In this document: positions 40,221 to 49,918 of the stretch, piece after piece
Layout of the letters: every line of letters begins with the position of its first letter
Position numbering within the stretch: the first letter of the stretch is position 1
Assembly: GCA_963674745.2 (NCBI GenBank)
Contig: CAXXDV010000001.1
Span: forward strand, 1,504,001-1,568,000
From: Desulfosudaceae bacterium
GTDB taxonomy: Bacteria; Desulfobacterota; Desulfobacteria; Desulfobacterales; Desulfosudaceae
Reading direction: 5' to 3'
DNA length: 64,000 bases
Translations under genes and position numbers: made by a program
Notes under the pieces: model-generated
The model's database searches: none
What the model was told of the DNA's origin: nothing
What the model saw: only the letters and a program-made list of their open reading frames with translations

Positions 40221-40393
40221 AGGCCGGCATTTTTTTTTGTGCGGCATTGATCGTTTCCGGGGAAAAATTCAGCCAGCGGCTTCGCGTATAGAAATGCTCG
40301 CTGTTTGAGGGCGAAAGCCCGAGTTCGAGGATTTTAGCGAAGGCGCTGGCTGAATCCCGGAATCGATCAGGCGCTCAAAAAAAATGCCGGCCT
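40221..40393. repeat. ~170-bp imperfect palindrome (REP/MITE-like)
   Basis: AGGCCGGCATTTTTTTT...AAAAAAAATGCCGGCCT ends; nested ATTCAGCCAGCG/CGCTGGCTGAAT stem; GGGCGAAAGCCC apex. Confidence 0.75.
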
Positions 40394-43300
40394 AAAACAA
40401 TTCCATTTGAACCGGCCCCTTACGGGACGTTTTCCCTTTTCCCAGGTCGGCGGATGCCAGAAGTCGGGTTTCGATGTCTTCGACAAAAGGGGAAATTCGG
40501 CGCTGCTCTGTTTTGCCATAAATGCGCCGCCGTTTGGCGTGGGTAAAAAACAGCTGCTCCCGGGCCCGTGTCATGGCCACGTAAAGCAGGCGGCGCTCTT
40601 CATCGATATCAACGGTATTTTTTTGCGAACGCTTTAAAGGCAGATAGCCATCCTCACAGCCGGCCACAAAAACGATGGGGAATTCCAGCCCCTTGGCGGC
40701 ATGGATGGTCATCAGCCGCACTCTGTCGGCCCGGGGAAGATGGGCGTCTGCATCTGATGCCAGAGAAATGCCGGCCAGAAACGAAACCGGCGCCAGCCCG
40801 CTTTCTCGCGCGGATTGGATCAGCAGGTCGCAGGTTTCCCGGGTTTTCTGCTTGCTGTCGATGACCGATTGAATGTCTGACCGTGTGTCAAGTATATACC
40901 GCAACTGCTCGTCCGTTTTCATTTGCTGTGCCTTATCCCGCATTTCCAGAAGCCTTTCGGCCAGCGTGGCCAGCCGGGCCTGAACCGCGTTGCCGACGCC
41001 GTCGGCAGGAAAACGAATCAATGATGACAGCATTTTATTGATGGTTAATCCATGCTTTATGTTCCAGGCTTCCAGCGCTTCAACGGTACGGGTTGACTGA
41101 CGTATTCCGCCGCCGGACAGGACCCGTTTAAAATCCATCATACTGCCGCAGTCGTTAAGCAGACGCAGCAGGGAAATCAGTTCCGCGATACCGGCCGCTG
41201 CAAACATTTTTTCCCGGCTGACCAGGTGACAGGGGATGCCGGCGGCGCCCAGGACATCGGCGAACACGGTTGCCTGGGTGCGTGTCCGGAAAAGAACGGC
41301 CATGTCGGAAAAAGCATAAGCCTTTTCCGGATCTTCATACCCGGCTTTGCCGAAATCCACGGAAAAGAACCCCAGTCCACCCACAAGGGACTCAATGGTT
41401 TTTCCCACAAACGTGGCTTCCGCTTTGTCGGAGGCCAGTCCGGCCACGGTTATGGCCGGCTGACCGGAAATGCCCGAGTAAACCCTTACCCGCTGAGCAT
41501 TTTCCGGTTGACGGCTGATGACATTGTAAGAGGCCGACAGAATCGTTTCCGTGGACCGGTAATTTTTATCCAGGCAAATGGCGGCGGCACCCGGATAGTC
41601 CCGTTTAAAATTATTGAAAAAAGCCGTGTCCGAACCACGGAAGCCGTAGATCGCCTGATCCGGATCGCCGATAACGCAGATGTTGCCGTCGGGCGGTGCC
41701 AGTGCCCGGATCAGCCGGTACTGGCCGTAGTTGATGTCCTGGTATTCATCAATAAATACAAATGGATACTGCTGGTGACAATCGCGCTGGAAAACCTCGT
41801 CCGTTTCAAGACGGTCAACGACACGTTCGATCAGATCTTCATAATCCAACAGTCCATAGCTTTTCAATAAATCCTGGTAGGCCTGGTAGACGGCTGCCAG
41901 GACCGATGGCGGCATGTCGCCGGTAATTTTTTCCAGGTCATCTGCCGGACCCAGCAGCAGCTGTTTGGCCCGGCAAATCATCTCGGCAAAGCGGGCCGGC
42001 TGTTTCTCTGCGGCCGGGTCGGCAAGATCCGCCCGTCGGACGGCGTCGGATATGATTTGCCGCTGGTCTGTCTCATCGATAATCACCGGCACGGTTTCGG
42101 TGAACGTTTTCAGGAGGCTGAAACAGAACGCATGAAAAGTGGACACCCGCGGGCAGGTGCCGGTCAAGCCCGTCATCTCCAACAGGCGCTGAGACATTTC
42201 GTCTGCGGCCCGGTTGGTAAAGGTGATGGCCAGGATGTTGTCGGGGTCGATTTTTTTTTTCGTGATCAGGCGGGCAATGCGGCAGGTAAGGGTATGTGTT
42301 TTACCCGAGCCCGGTCCGGCAATAATGATAAGCGGTCCGGTTCCGTAATTGACGGCTTGACGTTGCCGGCCGTTCAGTTTACTGAAGAGCTCTTGCGGTT
42401 GGACGGTTGTCGGGGGGCCGTCCGGAATACCCGGTAATGACGGCTGGCTGGCCGGCTTCGGCGGCGGCATCACCGCCGTTTTTGCGCAGGTGTCACCACC
42501 GGCTGTTTCAGCAGGGGGGTCGGAAAACAGGCTGATGTCACCTTTGAGACGGTCGATTTCTCGGGGTTTAAACACCTTGACCCGGCCGTATTCTCCATCA
42601 AATCCGGGTGTCAGCTGGATGTTTCCCCTGCGGATCCGGTCAATGGCGATATCCAGCAGCAACTGGCCGCTTTTTTTGATGTCTTCGACGGGTGTATCGT
42701 AAAGCACCTCGAATTCCGGGCCGACTTTTTCCAGTACAGTGTTATAGGCCGCCGTCACTTTTTTGGATTTGGGGCCTACGCCCAGAATTTCCGACAACAC
42801 TTCTTCTAAAGGAACAAGGCTGTAAAAAGGATGATGCCGGTCCGGTTTTTCGTCCGGGCCGCGATCGGCCAGTTCTTCGACCCGGTACAATACGCCCAGG
42901 GTCAAGGGCTTGCCGCATACCGGGCAGTTGCCGTCATGCTGCCGGGTAATATCGGGTGAAAACGAAATGCCGCAGGCGCGGTGGCCGTCAAAATGATACT
43001 TGCCTTCCTCGGGAAAAAACTCATAAGTACCCAGGTATTGTTCGGGATCCCCGGTTTTCAGGGCCTGCCGCATGTCGGAATAAGAAAGCCCGGTGTTAAA
43101 GAGGCAGGCCTCACGGCCCAGCTTGGAAGGGGAATGGGCGTCGGAATTGGAGACCAGGGTCAGGCCGTCGATGTTCGATACCCGCCAGTTCATGGGCGGG
43201 TCGGACGACAGCCCGGTTTCCACGGCAAAGATATGCGGCGTAAGATCTTCAAAGCATTCTTTTATGTCGTCAAAACCGGATTTTGAGCCGAACAGCGAAA

Positions 43301-43808
43301 ACCAGGGCGTCCAGATGTGGGCGGGGATCAGGTATGCTTCCGGCGTTGTTTCCAGTGCGATTTCAAGCAGGTTTCGAGCGTCCAGCCCCAGGATCGGCCG
43401 CCCGTCCGATTTGATGTTGCCGATGGCATCCAGCCGGGCGTTAAAACGCGCCGCCGAATCCAGGTCCGGCATCAATACCAGGTTGTGATTTTTGCGGGTC
43501 CGATCGTTTTTTTTATATATATTGCTGATTTCCGTGGACAGTACGAACCGAACCGGCCGGCGGCAGGAAGGGGGCACCGCCTGATCACAGGCGGTCGCGA
43601 TCTCCGGATTTAATTTAAAAAAGCCTTCTTCAGCCGGCACCAGTTTTTCCCGCAGTTCGGCAAACCAGGCCGGATGGGTATAATCACCCGTGGCCACCAC
43701 GGTGATGCCCTTTAACTGGGAAAAAATATAGAGATGTTCCAGATCCAGGTTTTTGGCCGTAGCCCGGGAGTATTTGGAGTGGACGTGTAAGTCGGCAATA
43801 TATCGCAT
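40392..43808 (-). CDS. Endonuclease Q-like PHP domain fused to a UvrD/PcrA helicase
   Basis: ADLHVHSKYS, AHIWTPW and NSDAHS in the N-terminal part; AGPGSGKT, DEYQD, TIHAAKGLEF and EERRLLYVAMTRA in the C-terminal part. Confidence 0.92.
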   Translation of the reverse strand: MRYIADLHVHSKYSRATAKNLDLEHLYIFSQLKGITVVATGDYTHPAWFAELREKLVPAEEGFFKLNPEIATACDQAVPPSCRRPVRFVLSTEISNIYKKNDRTRKNHNLVLMPDLDSAARFNARLDAIGNIKSDGRPILGLDARNLLEIALETTPEAYLIPAHIWTPWFSLFGSKSGFDDIKECFEDLTPHIFAVETGLSSDPPMNWRVSNIDGLTLVSNSDAHSPSKLGREACLFNTGLSYSDMRQALKTGDPEQYLGTYEFFPEEGKYHFDGHRACGISFSPDITRQHDGNCPVCGKPLTLGVLYRVEELADRGPDEKPDRHHPFYSLVPLEEVLSEILGVGPKSKKVTAAYNTVLEKVGPEFEVLYDTPVEDIKKSGQLLLDIAIDRIRRGNIQLTPGFDGEYGRVKVFKPREIDRLKGDISLFSDPPAETAGGDTCAKTAVMPPPKPASQPSLPGIPDGPPTTVQPQELFSKLNGRQRQAVNYGTGPLIIIAGPGSGKTHTLTCRIARLITKKKIDPDNILAITFTNRAADEMSQRLLEMTGLTGTCPRVSTFHAFCFSLLKTFTETVPVIIDETDQRQIISDAVRRADLADPAAEKQPARFAEMICRAKQLLLGPADDLEKITGDMPPSVLAAVYQAYQDLLKSYGLLDYEDLIERVVDRLETDEVFQRDCHQQYPFVFIDEYQDINYGQYRLIRALAPPDGNICVIGDPDQAIYGFRGSDTAFFNNFKRDYPGAAAICLDKNYRSTETILSASYNVISRQPENAQRVRVYSGISGQPAITVAGLASDKAEATFVGKTIESLVGGLGFFSVDFGKAGYEDPEKAYAFSDMAVLFRTRTQATVFADVLGAAGIPCHLVSREKMFAAAGIAELISLLRLLNDCGSMMDFKRVLSGGGIRQSTRTVEALEAWNIKHGLTINKMLSSLIRFPADGVGNAVQARLATLAERLLEMRDKAQQMKTDEQLRYILDTRSDIQSVIDSKQKTRETCDLLIQSARESGLAPVSFLAGISLASDADAHLPRADRVRLMTIHAAKGLEFPIVFVAGCEDGYLPLKRSQKNTVDIDEERRLLYVAMTRAREQLFFTHAKRRRIYGKTEQRRISPFVEDIETRLLASADLGKGKTSRKGPVQMELF

Positions 43809-43811
43809 TTT

Positions 43812-44057
43812 TTAAGGGTGTTCTCGAATCTTTACTTTTTCTTTTGTCTCTGTAATCAGCAAACTCATGATCTCGAGGGGAACATCTGTTCCAAATGTTT
43901 CAACAAAATACTGACCGTTGGCGTTCCAGAAAAAGACGCTGGCGACCCGTTGGCTCCGGCCGTTTGATTCTTCATACAGCTCAAAACCACTGTACTCGTC
44001 TTTTTTGTCATCAATAAATTTTGACGTGTATCGAAGATTTCCCCAACTAAGATCCAT
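43812..44057 (-). CDS. Small hypothetical protein
   Basis: 81 aa, GGAG RBS, co-oriented with neighbours. Confidence 0.6.
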   Translation of the reverse strand: MDLSWGNLRYTSKFIDDKKDEYSGFELYEESNGRSQRVASVFFWNANGQYFVETFGTDVPLEIMSLLITETKEKVKIREHP

Positions 44058-44075
44058 ACTACTCCAATGCTGTGT

Positions 44076-44642
44076 TTAGAAATGGCTGTTGCCTGAGGTT
44101 GCCGCTTCCATGGCTATCATTTTCTGCTTTATTTCGCAACCCGAACCAAAGCCGCCGAGGGAGCCATCCGCGCGGATGACCCGATGGCAGGGAACAATCA
44201 CCGGAAACGGGTTTTTATTCAGTGCATTGCCCGCGAACCGGGCGCCCCGGGGAAAACCGGCCTTTTCCGCCACTTCACCATAGGCACGTGTTTCACCATA
44301 GGGAATATGGCGCACAACTTCAAGGACGGCCCGCTCCTTCGGTGTCAGCGGCTCCCAGGACAGCCAGGCTTCCGGAACGGTTTCCGGTTTTTGTCCGTTA
44401 AAAAAAGCCGTAAGAATCATTTTTATCTGAAGGGCCGAGGGATGATGCGCTTCTTCCCGGCCAACCGGGTCCGGCATAAGATTCCGCCGGCCGGTCCCCG
44501 GCAGGGTGATACGGCAAACGGCAAACGGTTCCGGCCTGTAAACCAGGCGGCATTGTCCCCAGGCCGTCTTAAACCATAAGCGGCGCAAGTCCCTGCCGGT
44601 CGGGAAAGCGTGACGTCTGGTTTCAGGCCGGATCATTGTCAA
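44076..44642 (-). CDS. ogt: O6-methylguanine-DNA methyltransferase
   Basis: IPYGET and PCHRV active site. Confidence 0.92.
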   Translation of the reverse strand: MTMIRPETRRHAFPTGRDLRRLWFKTAWGQCRLVYRPEPFAVCRITLPGTGRRNLMPDPVGREEAHHPSALQIKMILTAFFNGQKPETVPEAWLSWEPLTPKERAVLEVVRHIPYGETRAYGEVAEKAGFPRGARFAGNALNKNPFPVIVPCHRVIRADGSLGGFGSGCEIKQKMIAMEAATSGNSHF

Positions 44643-45900
44643 ATCCGCAGTTCAGGTTTCCCTGGTCATCAAAAGCCATTTCAGACCAGTCTCCGGCCAT
44701 GGTAAGCGCGGGGTTGTCGCCCATGTCAGGCTCAAACGCCCTTGAAACCATCATTGTTTCAAGGTGGCGGGTGTCTTCAATGCGGATGATGCGGGCGTTT
44801 TCCGGTGACGCCAGCCCGCAGCTTCGGGCCGCGGCCAGGACGGCCTCCCGGTCGGAATCAAAAGCCATGGGAATGGCCGCCTTTTCCGGCGATATGGCTG
44901 CCAGGGCGTTGATGCGTGTTTTTTCCCGATCAATGGCGTGCACCAGTCGCGTGGTCGTAAAATCCGCCAGGCCGATGCCGTTGGCGTTGCCGTCGCTGGC
45001 CGGAGAAAGATGCCTGACAAAGATCCGTTTAACATGCGGAGCTGTAAAAAAATCGCCGGTAATATCCCGGTGTCGGCCGGTGACATTGGAGTCCATACCG
45101 ATCCCACTGATATCTTTGCCGATTTTATCAACTACCAGGATGTCCACCCCGTCAAAAGGAATGCGGGCCATTTTCCGGTAAGTTTCTTTTAAAAGGGTTT
45201 TTTCTGTTTCGATTAACCCGGTGGCCGAGACGGCTTCAACCCGGTCGATTTGGCCGTGCCCGTCTTCTAAGATGGCCAGTCCGCCGGCGATACGACAGGC
45301 GCTGATCATAAATTCCGCTGCCCGGCGGATGATGTCAAATGATTCGGTAACGGCAAATCGATGGATTTCGGAAGCGCCGTCCGCTTTGCCCAATCCCACC
45401 ACCAGCATTTTTGCCAGGCCGCTCTCGATGTCGCCGACGAATTTGGTGTGAGGTTTTACCCGGTTGACGGGAAAAATGTAATCAGCCGCCAGGGCTTCTC
45501 GCGCCACAAAAACATTCATGCCGCAGTCCAACCGGCCGACAGCTTCAGTGGCCATATCTGATCGGACAGGCACACCCATGGTTTCGGCGGTGATGCCCAG
45601 GCCGGCCAGTATTCTCTCCTGTCCTTCCGGGGTCGCGCCGCCATGACTGCCCATGGCGGGTACGATAAACGGGCGGCAGCCGAGTTTTTTAAAAAAGGCG
45701 ATGCAGGCGGCGGTAACGCCATCAATGCCGTCAATGCCGCGACTGCCCACGGCCACCGCTATGGCGGCCCCTTTTTTCAGCTTGTGGCTGTCCGGGCAGG
45801 CGTCAAGGGCACCGGCAACAGCACCTTCGATATCCGTCAACGAAGAAGTGTAAAGGTGCTGCTTTACACGGATCATTTGCGGGAAAAGGGTATTATTCAT
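44623..45900 (-). CDS. LarA-like (lactate racemase domain) protein
   Basis: GSRGI, PAMGSHGG, NRVKPHT and GKDISG motifs. Confidence 0.75.
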   Translation of the reverse strand: MNNTLFPQMIRVKQHLYTSSLTDIEGAVAGALDACPDSHKLKKGAAIAVAVGSRGIDGIDGVTAACIAFFKKLGCRPFIVPAMGSHGGATPEGQERILAGLGITAETMGVPVRSDMATEAVGRLDCGMNVFVAREALAADYIFPVNRVKPHTKFVGDIESGLAKMLVVGLGKADGASEIHRFAVTESFDIIRRAAEFMISACRIAGGLAILEDGHGQIDRVEAVSATGLIETEKTLLKETYRKMARIPFDGVDILVVDKIGKDISGIGMDSNVTGRHRDITGDFFTAPHVKRIFVRHLSPASDGNANGIGLADFTTTRLVHAIDREKTRINALAAISPEKAAIPMAFDSDREAVLAAARSCGLASPENARIIRIEDTRHLETMMVSRAFEPDMGDNPALTMAGDWSEMAFDDQGNLNCGFDNDPA

Positions 45901-45918
45901 AGGCCTGAAAATAAAAAT

Positions 45919-45948
45919 CCCGGCTTTTACCTTTTGATAAAAGCCGGG
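45919..45948. terminator. Intrinsic terminator-like hairpin after ferredoxin
   Basis: CCCGGCTTTTA...TAAAAGCCGGG followed by a T-rich tract on the minus strand. Confidence 0.7.
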
Positions 45949-45987
45949 AAAGAGAAAATACCATAGTAAAAATGGTAAGAGCCGATA

Positions 45988-46176
45988 CTAAACCTCTTCT
46001 ACGGTAATGGCGTCCTGCTCGCAAACTTCGACACAGGTCTCACAGCCGAGGCACTCTTCCATATTCACCGGCACAGATTTTTCGTCCTGAATCTCGAATA
46101 CCTCGACAGGGCAGTTATCAACACAATCTTCGCAACCGGTGCATTTACTTTCGTCAACTGTTACATTCCAAGCCAT
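45988..46176 (-). CDS. 2x[4Fe-4S] ferredoxin
   Basis: CxxCxxCxxxCP and CxxCxxCxxxC; AGGAGG RBS. Confidence 0.95.
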   Translation of the reverse strand: MAWNVTVDESKCTGCEDCVDNCPVEVFEIQDEKSVPVNMEECLGCETCVEVCEQDAITVEEV

Positions 46177-46322
46177 CTTCCAACCTCCTTTTAGTTGAAT
46201 AATTTATATGTTGGTCAACTTTGATATTATTTTATCAATATCCTCAAAGCACAAAAGTGTAGAAATTTTCTATATCACCATAAAAATCAATGTCAAGAGA
46301 ATATCATTGTTCATAAAAATAT

Positions 46323-47300
46323 TTATGCCGGAAACACGGTGGCAACAATGGTTGAGGCGGCCCCGTTTTCTCTTATGTCACTGTTTTCAAAAAGCTTATC
46401 GGAAAGACGGCTTAAAAATAAACGGGGCGGGACCGCCGCCAGATGGATGATCGTCAATACAGGGCCTGTCGGATCGGCCGCTAACGCCGGCGGCAGGTCT
46501 TTTTCCGTTACAGGGCTTTTGTTATGGGTCAGATTTTCCATAAAATCAGACAGGTTGCTTTTCCACTGTGCGCCGGCCGTGTGTCCACGTAAAACAGGGA
46601 TGTTGATCCGGATAACGGATGCGTCTTCAAAACGGTCTGAAACAGCCGCCATCACCGCATTGCCGGATGTGACGTAAACGGCGGAAAACCGGACGTCTTC
46701 GGCGGCCAGCCGTGACCAGGCCGTCAGTCGTTCAGTTGTCATCAGTTCACCGGCCTCGTCAAGTGCGCTGCCGTCCGCTGTGGCGGGTTCTTTTCTTTCG
46801 TCGTCTTCGTCGTTTCCTTGCAGGGCTGCCAGCATGGACAGTTTTTTCGCGTCCTGGGCGGAAAGCGATTCATCGATTTCCGTTTGGACGCGATCAAAAT
46901 TTTCCGTCATACGCAGAAAGACTCTTGCTGCCATAAGCATATCCGCCGGTTCGTCGGGTGCTCCGGACACCGGATGCACGATATCCTGCCTCAAGTAAGA
47001 TATGGTGCTTTCGTCAAAAAACGGTATGCCGCTGCCGGGTGATTTGAAAAAGGAAATATCGGTCCCCATGTTGGCCTGGCGCCACTGACGATAATTGTCA
47101 AGAATCAGGTCCACGGCATGACCGCTGTCCGGTATGGGGTTGCACAGGGTTATCTGCCCGGATGACAGCAAATCCGGGTCGAACGACTCGCGCGCGGAAT
47201 CCGTCGGGATGTAGACGCGGATTTGATTAAAGCAGGACAACAGTATTTTCGCGGTTTTCGTGTCCAGGTACGTGAAAGGAAAAACAACCGGTTCTATCAT
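46323..47300 (-). CDS. Hypothetical protein
   Basis: Start corrected to MIEPVVFPFT after a GAGG RBS. Confidence 0.75.
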   Translation of the reverse strand: MIEPVVFPFTYLDTKTAKILLSCFNQIRVYIPTDSARESFDPDLLSSGQITLCNPIPDSGHAVDLILDNYRQWRQANMGTDISFFKSPGSGIPFFDESTISYLRQDIVHPVSGAPDEPADMLMAARVFLRMTENFDRVQTEIDESLSAQDAKKLSMLAALQGNDEDDERKEPATADGSALDEAGELMTTERLTAWSRLAAEDVRFSAVYVTSGNAVMAAVSDRFEDASVIRINIPVLRGHTAGAQWKSNLSDFMENLTHNKSPVTEKDLPPALAADPTGPVLTIIHLAAVPPRLFLSRLSDKLFENSDIRENGAASTIVATVFPA

Positions 47301-47310
47301 GTATGCCTCT

Positions 47311-49617
47311 TTATTTGGTGTCGACGACCGTAACCCCCAGCGCCAGCAGCTGCTCACGCAATTGATCCGCCAGCGCCCAGTTTTTTTCTTTTCGGGCCTG
47401 ATCCCTTTGCTGCATTAATTTCCGGACTTGCGTCGAGTCGGTGGCGGCCGGTTTTGAAAAATCAAAAATATTTAAAACCGCATCGATCTGTAAAAAAGCG
47501 TCCAGAATTTTGGCGGCGGCCGCCTCATTCAGGGCGCCTTTTGTCAAAAAGGCGTTTATCTGCTTGATGTTTTTGAAAATGCTGGCCAGGGCCGCGGAGA
47601 CGTTCAGGTCATCGTCCATGGCATCAATAACGCCCTGGCGGATATCATACAGGATCTGGTCGATCTCCTGCGAAGTGGCCAGGTCTTGTTCAGATGTTCC
47701 ATCGATTTTTTTGTCGGCGATGGCGGACAGCGAACGGAAGCAGTTGTCCAGGCGGGTCAGGGCGCGTCCGGCCATGGCCACGCTTTCTTCAGAGTAGGCC
47801 AAAGGTTTTCGATAGTGGGTGGCAATAAACCAGTAGCGCAGCTGACGACCGCTGACACCGGCCGAAAGCGCGTCTTCGATGGTTAATCCGGCCGGTTTCC
47901 AGTGTTCGGTATCATCGGCCGAAAATACAGCTTCGCAATGAATCCAGTACTTTGCCTGTGGCTTTCCGGTCAGGGCCCGGGATATGGCCTGCTCATTTTC
48001 GTGATGCGGAAAGACCAGGTTGATGCTCCCGGTATGAATGTCAAACTGGTCACCCAGGTGCTTGCGGGACATGGCGGCACACTGAAGGTGCAGTGAGGGG
48101 CGGGTATTTCCCCATTTCGTTTGAATATAGTGACCTTTTTTCAGGTCCCCCAGCCGGGCCCGTTTTAAAAGGGTAAAATCCCGGGGGTTGTCCTTTTCGT
48201 ATTCATCAAGGTCAACGGTGGCGCCCAGCCGGATTTTATCGGCATCCACCCGCGAGAGCTGTCCGTAATCCGGCAGGCTGGAAATGTCAAAATAAATCGA
48301 GCGCAGTTTTTCATAGGCCACGCCTTTGTTGACCAGTGTTTCCGCGATATCCAGCATCTCCGCGAATTCTTCGCTCGGCAGGGGGTACTTATCAGCCGGT
48401 TCGACACCCAGGGTGTCCAGGTCGTGCTTGATATGATCAACATATGTCCGGGTGAAATCCGCCAGGCTCTGATCGGCCTTTTCAGCGCCTTCAATGGTGG
48501 CATCGTCAAAATCGGTAATATTGACAATATGTTTGACGTTATATCCCCTGAAGGTGAGATAGCGGGACAGCACATCCGCGAAAACCATCCGGCGGCAATG
48601 GCCCAGGCTCATGCGGCTGTTGGCCGTGGGGCCGCAGGAATACATCTGCACCCGACCCGGGTTGAGCGGCACAAAGTCCTCTTTCTGCCGGGAGATGGTA
48701 TTGTAAAGCCGGATATCAACCGGCTCCCGGGTGGTAAACAGGGTGGTGCTCAGATAACGCTCCCCGCTGTCCGGAAAAAGGGTCACCACCGTTCCGGATT
48801 CCATGCTCATGGCTTGCCGGCAGGCCTCGGCCATGGCTGCGCCACTGCTCATACCCACGAACAGGCCTTCTTCGGCGGCCAGCCGCCGGGCCATTTCAAA
48901 GGCGTCTTCATCATCGATGTTGGGCTTTTCATCCAGCCGTTTCCGTTCATATATTTCGGGGCGGTAAGACTCCTTCATATTCTTCAGCCCCTGGATCTTA
49001 TGCCCCAGGTAGGGCTCAACCCCCACAATACGGATGTCCGGATTCAGCTCTTTCAAACGTCGGGACAGACCCATGGCGGTTCCGCTGGTGCCCAGGGTGA
49101 CCACCAGCGCGTCCAGTTGCCCTCCGGTCTGCTGCCAGATTTCTTCAGCCGTACCGTAATAGTGCGCTTTCCAGTTGGCGTCATTGTTGAACTGGTCGGT
49201 GGCAAAATATTTGTCCGGGTTTTCTCTTACCAGCCGGTAGACTTCTTCGATGGCACCGTCTGTTCCCCTGTGGCCGGGTGTCAGCAGGATTTCCGCGCCA
49301 CGGCCCTGTAAAATCCGTTTTCGCTCTTCACTGGCGTTTTCCGACATGGCCAGGCAAAGCCGGTATCCTTTTATGGAGCAGACCATGGCCAGGCCGATGC
49401 CGGTATTGCCGCTGGTGGCCTCGATGACGACTTTATCTTTGGTCAGCTCACCGGACTTCTCCCCTTCGGCGATCATAAACGCTGCTGCGCGGTCTTTGAT
49501 CGAACCGCCGGGGTTCATGTATTCCAGCTTGGCCAGGATTTTTACGCCGGGATTGGGGCATAAATGCCGTATTTCAATCAGGGGCGTATTCCCGATAAAG
49601 TCCAGCAAGGTGGGCAT
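47311..49617 (-). CDS. Cysteine synthase (CysM/K) fused to a cysteinyl-tRNA synthetase-like domain
   Basis: N-terminal NPGGSIKDR, ATSGNTG and DSGERYLS; C-terminal LYNT...YSCGPT, NITD, DIHTG..LVFPHHENE, DDDLN and ADQLR. Confidence 0.92.
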   Translation of the reverse strand: MPTLLDFIGNTPLIEIRHLCPNPGVKILAKLEYMNPGGSIKDRAAAFMIAEGEKSGELTKDKVVIEATSGNTGIGLAMVCSIKGYRLCLAMSENASEERKRILQGRGAEILLTPGHRGTDGAIEEVYRLVRENPDKYFATDQFNNDANWKAHYYGTAEEIWQQTGGQLDALVVTLGTSGTAMGLSRRLKELNPDIRIVGVEPYLGHKIQGLKNMKESYRPEIYERKRLDEKPNIDDEDAFEMARRLAAEEGLFVGMSSGAAMAEACRQAMSMESGTVVTLFPDSGERYLSTTLFTTREPVDIRLYNTISRQKEDFVPLNPGRVQMYSCGPTANSRMSLGHCRRMVFADVLSRYLTFRGYNVKHIVNITDFDDATIEGAEKADQSLADFTRTYVDHIKHDLDTLGVEPADKYPLPSEEFAEMLDIAETLVNKGVAYEKLRSIYFDISSLPDYGQLSRVDADKIRLGATVDLDEYEKDNPRDFTLLKRARLGDLKKGHYIQTKWGNTRPSLHLQCAAMSRKHLGDQFDIHTGSINLVFPHHENEQAISRALTGKPQAKYWIHCEAVFSADDTEHWKPAGLTIEDALSAGVSGRQLRYWFIATHYRKPLAYSEESVAMAGRALTRLDNCFRSLSAIADKKIDGTSEQDLATSQEIDQILYDIRQGVIDAMDDDLNVSAALASIFKNIKQINAFLTKGALNEAAAAKILDAFLQIDAVLNIFDFSKPAATDSTQVRKLMQQRDQARKEKNWALADQLREQLLALGVTVVDTK

Positions 49618-49852
49618 GGTTTTCCTTTTTTTGTTCTTCTGCTTGTTTATTGAAAAACTGTCGTTCCTTAATCCATTTAAACTAAAGGGTCCAAGGGGTC
49701 AAGGATTCCAGGGTTCAAGGGCTTGTTTTTTTTGCCCTTAAAAAACATTTCTGACTTTAATTCAAAAGGGTTGAAAGTTCATCAATTAAAATAAGTATTA
49801 TTTTCTCACCTGGCCTCTGGACCATTTCGGAAAGGCACGGGGCGGTGACCCA

Positions 49853-49913
49853 TGTAGGGGCACCCCCCTGTGGGTGCCCTTTTATAGGGCGGCCACAGGG
49901 GGCCGCCCCTACA
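49853..49913. repeat. GTAG-type REP doublet
   Basis: GTAGGGGCACCC...GGGTGCCCT and AGGGCGGCC...GGCCGCCCCTAC in inverted orientation. Confidence 0.8.
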
Positions 49914-49918
49914 ACACC

